Source: Eledone cirrhosa (Eukaryota). Taken from it: a stretch of DNA of 64,000 bases. The notes beneath the pieces were generated by a model. It made no database searches, was not told where the DNA came from, and saw only the letters and a program-made list of their open reading frames with translations. Numbering within the stretch: the first letter of the stretch is position 1; the number at the start of each line of letters is the position of its first letter. Both the position numbers and the translations under genes were made by a program. Of this stretch, positions 29,401-36,872 are shown piece after piece. The stretch lies in contig OZ024744.1 of assembly GCA_964016885.1 (NCBI GenBank), forward strand, positions 97,216,001 through 97,280,000. Reading direction: 5' to 3'.

Positions 29401-29994
29401 ATCTCTGTTCCAGGTATTATTTATCTCAGTATTCAGATCATTGTCTGCTTCGGGTGGTTCCTCCGCTCTCAGGACCTCCTCACCTACATTTCCCGCCGGC
29501 TCGCTTGTCTGGCATACTACACCCGCCATCTCCAAGCCATTCTCTCTGCTCAGTTCCTCCAGTTCCAGCTCGCTTATCCACCCATTAGTTCTTATTACCC
29601 GAGCCTGCCCGGCCAATTTTTGTTCATCTAATTTAAATAAACCAATCTCGTTCCAGATGTTATGCATCCGTCTCCTGTAGCCCCTCTCCTTGGGGTTACT
29701 TTTCAGGTAGCATTGCATAACAGTTCTATTCAATTCTTTCGTCCAGTTGGTTCTGGCCCCTTTCCTTCTTCTTCTTCCTCCAACATCAGCAGTATTCCGT
29801 TGACAGTCAGGTTCCTGCTGCTGAGCCAGGGGGCACCTGTTGGGTGAGAGTCTGTCACATGACGTTCTAGTCTCCATTTCACCGTTATTCGAACTGTTTA
29901 TGTTCGATATTTAAACACTCTTATCGAGGATTGGCGAATGTATGTTTACATAGCCATCTGTGGATCCGCCATCCCACTTGGCCCTTGTGTGGCA
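26413..29994 (-). mobile_element. R4/Dong-type RLE non-LTR retrotransposon copy F, probably full length
   Basis: Intact single ORF with a short 3' UTR ending in (AAT)n on the sense strand; 5' end uncertain. Confidence 0.9.
26485..29877 (-). CDS. Intact 1130-aa RT-CCHC-RLE protein (R4/Dong clade)
   Basis: N-terminal RTNWTKELN..CY; KSPGPDG, YRPITCLP, QGDSLSPLLF, FMDDLKL; CRICGEREETVAHIVSEC; RHD; RPDLVV..VDVACP..KINRY. Confidence 0.95.
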   Translation of the reverse strand: METRTSCDRLSPNRCPLAQQQEPDCQRNTADVGGRRRRKGARTNWTKELNRTVMQCYLKSNPKERGYRRRMHNIWNEIGLFKLDEQKLAGQARVIRTNGWISELELEELSRENGLEMAGVVCQTSEPAGNVGEEVLRAEEPPEADNDLNTEINNTWNRDTATEEMNADGLGQDSVDILNLVVDELNNDSGRPMNLRFVDRKKLKETTAKVNKVIPYLEARSLHQCNNILKATANTVRKLLGIKARGNNRQERAEPWWKKRLSGQIGEMRNDIGKLESLLNGTLKNIGTKNRLEIKYKTRSKKLNIIIEELKQRIVAKSAKIRRYENRVSQYKQNRMFDNNQKMLFGQLEGKERGTDLIPGAEQAKTFWRGIWEQDVRHNAQAGWIETVQREIGEQAQQQTDLSITVETLKGQAKKLTNWKSPGPDGVQGYWIKHLTSLHPKLTAMFNDCLVSGEVPEWLTKGTTVLIMKDRIKGNDVTNYRPITCLPVMWKLLTSIVSEEIYHHLHTNNLLPDEQKGCRKKSRGTKDQLLIDKMVMGNCRRRHTDLAMGWIDYRKAFDMVPHSWITKSLEIFRVADNIRQLLGRSMGSWETELTSTGVSLGSVKIKRGIFQGDSLSPLLFVLALMPLTIMLRKVRAGYKLGRGELTINHLLFMDDLKLFGKSEKELDVLVDTVRIFSSDICMQFGIGKCGVIVMRRGRLSRSNGIQIPTGEMIKEIDSEEGYKYLGVLEADGIKNKKMKELLRTEYIRRVRSVLKSHLNSRNAISAVNSRAVSIIRYSAGILRWNVAEQKEMDRKTRKLLTIYNMFHKRSDVDRLYLRRSEGGRGLISIEDCVQMEKNNLYKYVTYSKEPMLRAVLKEGTVGQGIPKEEITSRRKSSLKGKSLHSTFFEKTEFRDPQTWNWLRRGDLKKATEGMLMAAQEQALKTKWLKHHIYKEEASPLCRICGEREETVAHIVSECKHLAQTHYKGWRHDVMGRVIHWHLCKVNNLPHSEKWYEHRPEAVMENSQVKVLWDFRIQTDKKLEHNRPDLVVVDKEKRSCLIVDVACPFDTRVQEKEREKINRYQDLKWEVKRIWNCHEVKVIPIVIGALGTISKGFQGWLKKIGFFTLFGTLQKACLLGTARTLRYVLNI

Positions 29995-30794
29995 TTATCA
30001 CCACGCTGTATACGGACACACATAAACAAACAAACACACGGGCAGAAAGGGCCCCAAAAATGAATAAGCATAAGTTTCATTGTAATGTAGTATTCGAATG
30101 TCTGACTTAGTTTTTGTTTTTTAAGTTTTACTTTTTCCCCCCTCTTCTCTGTCCGTCCGCCTGCTTCTCTCTTCATTCTTATTTTCTTTACGTTTTTGGG
30201 GTTTCTTTTTTTGTTTTTGTTTTTCTCTGTTTTTCTCGTTTTTTACTGTTGTTGCTGTGCTGCTTTTGTTGTTTGTTTTTTCTTTTTTCTTTTGAGTCTA
30301 TCTATATATTTTGATGCCTTCCTCTTTGTTAGTAGTAGGAATTCTATAATGTGGAAGTGGTAGCCAGCAGAGACTGGCGGCGTTGGCGATACTGAGACAG
30401 TGGTGGTGGTGATGTCGATACCGAGGCAGTGGTGGCGGTGATGCGACCGTATTACTGTAGTGATGGTGCTGTAGCGGTGGCAGCAGCAGTGAAGGAGTCA
30501 GGAGGTGGTGGCGGCGGTGATGGGATAGTGGTGGTAATGATGGCCGTAGTGAGCGGTGGCGGTGAAGGTGAAAATGCTGTTGTGTTTAGTGTACACAGAT
30601 GATGGGGTGAGTGGTGTATCTAGTTTCTGGTGTTGGTGAGTTTCGCTGTCCTATATAGTGTAGCCAGAGGAGAGGAGGGGGGGGGGGTTCTTCTTCTTCC
30701 ATTTATAGCCATTTTATTTTTTTTTTTGGATATACAGTGTACAATACAAAGTTGAATATTTGAATATTTGAGCCGCATTACTGTAGTGATGGTA

Positions 30795-30795
<1 letters not shown>

Positions 30796-30838
<43 letters not shown>

Positions 30839-30839
30839 G
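30796..30839. repeat. (ATT)n tract
   Basis: Direct reading; immediately precedes Tx1 copy G. Confidence 0.95.
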
Positions 30840-31051
30840 AATGCCATGGTTGACGGAGGCTCGGCTCTGTAAGGTATAGTAATTTTTAACCGTTAAAACA
30901 ATTGTAAATTGTTTAAAACTTGAACCAAATTGTTGATAAAGACACCCTCCTCCTCGTGAGAGGGGTCTTTCTGTCCGTTATTTGGCCCTTCGGGGTTAAA
31001 TAACCAGTTATTGGGGTTTTGTACCCAAAATTTCATTTTAAACAAAAAAAC

Positions 31052-33148
31052 ATGGCTACGAAAAAGAAATTTCATACGTCACTCCCACTCATTCCGTCTT
31101 CTTCTTCCTCAATCATCACTACAGCAGAGAGAAGATTGTCTCTCTCCCTCCCTTCTTTAAATGTGTCTCTCTCCCTCCCTTCTCTTTCGCAAGCGACGAA
31201 AGAAAAGAAAAGTCTCGTGCAAAGCGTGCAAGGTTTCTCCACGACGACGACGACAGCGACGAAACAGGTGTGCGGGAAATACGAAAACCCAGTTCATTCG
31301 TCTGACGTCAGGAATAATAGCAGTAGCAGCCGTAATAACAACAGCAACAGTGACAATGAAAACAACAGTAGCAGCCGCAACAGCATCACCAGCAGCATAA
31401 ACAACAACAGCATTAGCAGCAGCAACACCAACAACAACCACAGCAACAGCGGTGGAGGCAGTAGTCGTAGTACCTGCAGCAACAACAAAAGTACCAGCAG
31501 CTCTAACGACAACAACAACAGCAGAGAAAAACCAATCTCATTTGCAGGTATTGCGAAAAACTTGGAAACAATCCTCATAACAAATGAGGAATTAGAGGAA
31601 GCGAAGAAGATGGTGACAAAGAACGGACACCGAGCAATCTGCAAGGCAGCGAAAAATTTTTTCGAAACCCAAGAGCACTGTACGGTCACGTACCGTACAG
31701 TAAGTACAAAATCCCGTAGGGTGGAAAGAGCCACAGAGGCCCAAATACAAAAAGCCTTGGGGTCTGTGTGGCAGAGGTAAACGCACATCACCCGAGGCAA
31801 AAAATACGCCACCGTAGACGTACTTTTTGCCACACCCCAGGAGGCAAAGGCCCAATCAGTAGTGACCCTAAGGAGCGAGGAAATGGTGTTGGTGCCCTCC
31901 TACTGCGGGCAAAAAATTGTGAGGGTCAAACTGACCCACGTCCCCCCCGGAATGACCACTTCTTGGCTGGCCGCGTCTGTCCTCGTCGGAATCGAGGACA
32001 AAACAAATGTACTGCAAGTACAGAAAAAAGTAAGAGAAGATTGGGTCGGCTCCTCCATTGAGATGCTAATCCAAACCAACCAGGAGTGCATCGAAGCTAT
32101 CCCGGATGTGATAGACTTCGATAACGGCACTCAACTGCCCATGAGTGTTGAGGGCAAACGCCCGAAATGCTTTCGCTGTGGATCGAAGACTCACCTCAGG
32201 GCCTTCTGCAACGAGAAGACCATGAGAAAGGAGAAAACCCCCCTCCTTCCGAATCCGGCTCCACGGCTACCAGCAACAGGACAAGCGGCAACCAGGAACG
32301 ATAGGTCCGTGGCACCCATACCCACTCCACGGAAATCAAAGACAGCAGCAGCAGTGGAAATATTAACAACAACAACAGCAATACCAAATGCAGCTGCAAC
32401 AGAGACTCCAGTGCAAACATCACCAACAACAAAAAGTGAAAGAGTGGAGCTGGTACCCCTCCCCGACCTTACAGAATCAGACATGGAGTGTGAGGTGGGA
32501 GAGGGATGGCAAAAGGTCGCAAGAAGGCACAAACGCAGAAGCAGCGCATCGTCGCCTTTGAAAAGGGAGGAAAGAAATGAGAAAAGCGTAAAGTCTACTG
32601 CAAAGAGACCCACAGCAGCAACACCACCAACACCATCACCACCCACACCAGCACCACCATCACCACCGGCGACAACCCCACCGCCAACAACACCTTCAAC
32701 ACCACCACCACAAGCACCAACATCGCAAACACAACAACAAAACACACACACCCAGCAACAACGACAAGAAAATAGCAGAACCACACCCCACCCCCAGAAA
32801 AACAAATGCACGGCAATAAACACACACAACAATAAACTAATGACTTACATAATTGAACACACAGACATTTCACAACAGGACTACATAATACCAGCACCAA
32901 TCAAAACGCCAACTAACATAAGACTGCTAAAAATAGCACAGAAACAATACACAAACATTAAAACGAAATTCCCCAACGCAGTTGGTGATTTCAGGGACCT
33001 AGGAGGAACCATCAATCGAAGAGTATATTCAGACATTCTCTTAGAAGAGCCGACGACCAGCCGAAGGGACGATTCAACGGTCCCTTCACCAGACGATCAA
33101 GTGAAAAGGGATGTAAAAACCATCCCTCCTCTACCAAAAGTACGGTAA
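31052..33148 (+). pseudogene. ORF1 of copy G (~698 codons; S/N-rich N-terminus, CCHC knuckle, T/P/Q-rich linker) with one nonsense codon
   Basis: ORFs 31019-31780 and 31862-33148 share a frame; TAA at 31778-31780 corresponds to AAA in copies A and E. Confidence 0.85.
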
Positions 33149-33182
33149 GTGGTCTTTCCCATCTTTTCCACTCTATTTAAAC

Positions 33183-36100
33183 ATGACCTTACTCAGTATA
33201 GGCAGCATAAATGCGCGTGGCTTGGGGTCGTCATGGAAGCAGGGTCACCTGCTCAACGACCTCAGGTCACTAAACATAGATGTAGTGGCCATCAGCGAGA
33301 CCAGAATCTCCGAAGCACGGGCCTTCGCACCGATCTTCGGCGGCTACGATGTGTACGCATCTCCCAGCCGTCCTGGATCGGGTGGAGGAGTTGCTGTGCT
33401 TTTTCGGAGAGGTTTGGATCTCGCCATACGGGCCATCTTCCTGGACCCAGAGGGTAAGCTGGTGGTGCTGGACGTGACCAGCGGAGACGGGCAAGCTTTC
33501 AGGCTAGTGGCCGTCTATGCCCCGACAGGAGCAGGGCGGCCTGATTTCTTCCGGCGTCTGGAGACCTTTCTTGGAACGTCCCGCTCTTTAGTGTTAGTGG
33601 GCGACTGGAACGGGATCTTAGATGCACGCTGGGACTGTGTGGGATTAGCGGATAGGGGTGGAGGGTGCAAGAGCCTCACCAACCTGCTCAGGCGTTTTGA
33701 ACTGTCTGACAGGTACCGATTGGATTTCCCGAATGTGCCAATGTGGACTTGGACAAACCGCATAGGGTCATCCAGATCATATCTAGATAGAGTATTTTGT
33801 AGGGAAATAGATAGGTCTAGCATAGGCTGTCCACAATTCAAGATAGTCAGCTACACGGACCACAAATTCGTGATCTGTGTGCTTGACTTAGATAGGCTTC
33901 ATAGACGAGGACCCGGCTACTGGAAGCTAAACGCGTCCTTACCAGCGCGCAAGGCCTACAGAGACCGGATTAGCGAACTAGTTAAGCGGGCGTTGACGGG
34001 GGCCATCGTCAACAACAAGTGGTGGTTTGCTCTGAAAAGAGCGATTAGAATAGAATCGATTAGGTTTAGTAAGGCTTTAGCAATAGAGAAAAATAGAGCA
34101 GAGGGAGAACTAGTTAGAAAATTAGACGAGGCGCTTAGCAAAGGCATTGCGACCGACGTGCTTGCGGCGAAATTGGCCCTTGACCAATTCTTCAATGCAA
34201 AGCACGAAGGCTGCGTTGTCAGAGCTAGGGTGCGTGCTCTCAGACACGAGGGGACGAAAGCCGTTCAATGGGCCCGAGTGGCGGAGGCGCGTCGTGGCAA
34301 CAAAGCCACGATCCGGTCTTTGGTGGACCACGACGGGCGCATGCTACTCGATCCCGGGCAAATGTGTGAAGCTTTTCAGCGACACTTCGCTCAGCTGTTC
34401 GGGGGCAGCGGGGGGCCGGGTAGAGGGATGGACTTTAGTGTCTACCTCGACGGACTGCCGCGGCTCTCGGCCACTGAGGCGAAGTGTTGCGAAAAGCCGA
34501 TAACAGCCGCTGAAGTACGGGAGGCAATGACTGGCTGCACAAGGGGTAAATCGCCTGGTTTGGATGGTCTGCCCTATGAACTTTACGTACAGATGCCAGA
34601 CTTGTTCGGAGGCCTCTTGGCGGACGTCTACTGCAACTGGCAACAGAACGGGAGAATTCCCAGTTCTGTGAGCCGAGGAGCGGTGGCACTGCTGAGAAAG
34701 GATCCGAACAAGGGGGATAACATAGACAATTTCCGGCCCATAACTCTGCTAAACACAGAGTTTAAGATTTTGGCCAAGGTGCTAGCAAAGAGGTTGGCGC
34801 TTGTCGTTGGTGGTCTGGTGGGAGAGGCGCAGACATGCGCCATTCCCGACAGATCCATCCACGACAACCTCCACCTCATGCGATACATCGTAGAGAGGGT
34901 AGCTAGGGAACCTGGCACGGGTGGGTCCTTGATCAATTTAGATCAGTCGAAAGCTTTCGATAGGGTCGACCATCGTTACCTAGCGGCAGTCCTGAGGGCG
35001 GCTGGCTTTGGGCCCGTCTTCAGAGGCTGGATCGCTGCCATGCACAGCGACATCTGCTCTGTGGTGAGAGTGAACGGTCACCTGTCGGAACCGTTCAACA
35101 TCATGCGCTCGGTCCGCCAAGGATGTCCCCTCTCGTCCCTCTTGTACGTATTGACTCTCGAGCCATTACTGCACAAACTGGAGACGTTGAGGGGAGTCCC
35201 GCGCGAACTAGGATGCGGAAGATCCGTGTCAGCATATGCGGACGATGTCACCGTAGTGGTGTCGAACGCCAAACACATCGAGGCGATCGGCACTACACTA
35301 AGAGAATACGAAGCGGTGACAGGAGCAATGATCAACCAGGAAAAGTCAGTGGGCCTGCAGCTCGGCACCTGGAGAGGCAGGTCCATGCCGTCCAACAGCG
35401 TCGTCGGGCGCTGGACGGACGGACCGGTTAAATTGCTAGGGGTCTGGTTCGGTCCGGACCTCCAGACGGACAAAAACTGGGACGAGGTTACGAGCAGGGT
35501 GGCTTCTCTCACCCAGAAATGGGCGGAGAGGAAGCTATCCCTGAAAGGTCGAGCGGAGGTGGCTAACGCGTACATCGCGTCTGTCATCTGCTACCGCCTA
35601 ACCGTCGTACCTTGTCCTAAGCCTCGCCTGACTGCGCTGGAGCGTTTGCTCTTTCGCTTTTTGTGGAAGGGACGTGCTCCGATGGTCAGGCGGTCCATCT
35701 GTTGTCAACACCCGCTACGTGGAGGGCTGGGCATGCCGTGGCTGATGATGCGCAGGCACGCGCTCAGGCTACGACATCTCCACCTTTTCCTCGACGGTGA
35801 TCAGGTGTGGTCGCCGTTTGCTAGACGCGTTTTTCCCCAGCTCGTTTCCTTGACGGAGCTGCAGTCCTGGGTCAAGCGAAGACCGAGAGGGAGCGCCTGG
35901 AGACTGGAATGTCTTCAGGCGCTCACAGCCCTCGACCAATCGGGCAATGTGATCGGTGGAAACTCCACCTCGGCGTTCTATAGAGGATTAGTGGAGGGGA
36001 AGAACGACGACGTACTTGGGGAAACTCTAGGCGTCGACGAAAATCAACTAGCCAATCTCTTCGGAAGAACTTTCGGGCCAGGGCCTATGGACAACTTCCA

Positions 36101-36602
36101 GAAATCTCTGGCCTGGCAGTGCTACCGAGGAGCCTTGCCAGTTCGGGATAAACTCTACAGGCATGGAGGTGCCGTCAGCCGGGCATGTCCGAGATGCGCG
36201 CAGGGCGACGAAACCGTCCTGCACGCACTCGTCCAGTGTCCGAAAATTGCTGACTTGTGGGTTTATGTCGAACACCTGCTGTCGCGTTTAGGACGGATCC
36301 AGCTATCATCTGAGTCTATCGTGAGGATTGCCCCGCCCTCCTCCTTTAGCCGGGAAGGGCAGGCAGTTTTTATCTGTCTGGTGGCCATGGCGAAAGAGAT
36401 AGTATGGTGGACACGTTTGAAAGGGCTGAAGACGAGCACTTACCTCTTCGGTGATGCTCTGATTGACTTTTTCAAATTTCATTTGAAAAGGAAAATCAGA
36501 GTAGAGAAGGAAGTGCTCTCTTCCCAGCATTTTGTTGAAAGATGGGTGAGAGAAGCAAGAATGGCCCGAGTGAATGGGCCGACTCTGAGTATATATCTGT
36601 AA
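33183..36602 (+). CDS. ORF2: APE endonuclease, reverse transcriptase and C-terminal zinc finger (1139 aa, intact)
   Basis: SINARGL, ISETR, VYAP, GDWN, YLDR, TDH; FRPITLLN, DQSKAFDRV, RQGCPLS, AYADD; CPRCAQGDETVLHALVQC. Confidence 0.96.
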   Translation: MTLLSIGSINARGLGSSWKQGHLLNDLRSLNIDVVAISETRISEARAFAPIFGGYDVYASPSRPGSGGGVAVLFRRGLDLAIRAIFLDPEGKLVVLDVTSGDGQAFRLVAVYAPTGAGRPDFFRRLETFLGTSRSLVLVGDWNGILDARWDCVGLADRGGGCKSLTNLLRRFELSDRYRLDFPNVPMWTWTNRIGSSRSYLDRVFCREIDRSSIGCPQFKIVSYTDHKFVICVLDLDRLHRRGPGYWKLNASLPARKAYRDRISELVKRALTGAIVNNKWWFALKRAIRIESIRFSKALAIEKNRAEGELVRKLDEALSKGIATDVLAAKLALDQFFNAKHEGCVVRARVRALRHEGTKAVQWARVAEARRGNKATIRSLVDHDGRMLLDPGQMCEAFQRHFAQLFGGSGGPGRGMDFSVYLDGLPRLSATEAKCCEKPITAAEVREAMTGCTRGKSPGLDGLPYELYVQMPDLFGGLLADVYCNWQQNGRIPSSVSRGAVALLRKDPNKGDNIDNFRPITLLNTEFKILAKVLAKRLALVVGGLVGEAQTCAIPDRSIHDNLHLMRYIVERVAREPGTGGSLINLDQSKAFDRVDHRYLAAVLRAAGFGPVFRGWIAAMHSDICSVVRVNGHLSEPFNIMRSVRQGCPLSSLLYVLTLEPLLHKLETLRGVPRELGCGRSVSAYADDVTVVVSNAKHIEAIGTTLREYEAVTGAMINQEKSVGLQLGTWRGRSMPSNSVVGRWTDGPVKLLGVWFGPDLQTDKNWDEVTSRVASLTQKWAERKLSLKGRAEVANAYIASVICYRLTVVPCPKPRLTALERLLFRFLWKGRAPMVRRSICCQHPLRGGLGMPWLMMRRHALRLRHLHLFLDGDQVWSPFARRVFPQLVSLTELQSWVKRRPRGSAWRLECLQALTALDQSGNVIGGNSTSAFYRGLVEGKNDDVLGETLGVDENQLANLFGRTFGPGPMDNFQKSLAWQCYRGALPVRDKLYRHGGAVSRACPRCAQGDETVLHALVQCPKIADLWVYVEHLLSRLGRIQLSSESIVRIAPPSSFSREGQAVFICLVAMAKEIVWWTRLKGLKTSTYLFGDALIDFFKFHLKRKIRVEKEVLSSQHFVERWVREARMARVNGPTLSIYL

Positions 36603-36872
36603 ACTAAAGGTGGAAAACTGGGAGAGGGCACTTGCCTTGGTGGTCAGGGTCATTGTGGCTTTTTACTGGGCTTTCTCCACAAATGTCCCTCCGAAGTCTC
36701 CCCCCTATTGGGGAATTTTTCATTGTTATTTTCATTGTTATTTTTGTTACATCCTCTGTTTTTGTTTTTTTACACGCAGAAATGCCCATTTGTACCGTCC
36801 TGCATTGTCCTGCACTGTCCTTAATGTCTACTTTATGTAAACCCTTGTGGTTAATAAAGAAATCATTATTAT

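Larger units (their letters stand above)
30840..36864 (+). mobile_element. Tx1/L1-type copy G, full length and nearly intact
   Basis: 5' UTR, ORF1, intact ORF2, 3' UTR with AATAAA at 36853, followed by ATTATTAT. Confidence 0.96.

Noticed and set aside
29880-29994. HDV-like ribozyme at the 5' end of Dong/R4 copy F
   Set aside because: Plausible for RLE clades, but no convincing fold was found manually; needs a structure-descriptor search
30941-30967. HDV-like ribozyme in the Tx1 5' UTR (CTCCTCGT loop)
   Set aside because: Folds as a simple hairpin; I could not build the P1/P2 double pseudoknot by eye
31778-31780. Programmed stop-codon readthrough in ORF1 of copy G
   Set aside because: Copies A and E have AAA at this codon, so it is a simple nonsense mutation or sequencing error
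33515-35587. Antisense ORFs recurring in Tx1 ORF2 copies
   Set aside because: They recur only because the copies are near-identical; no independent motifs
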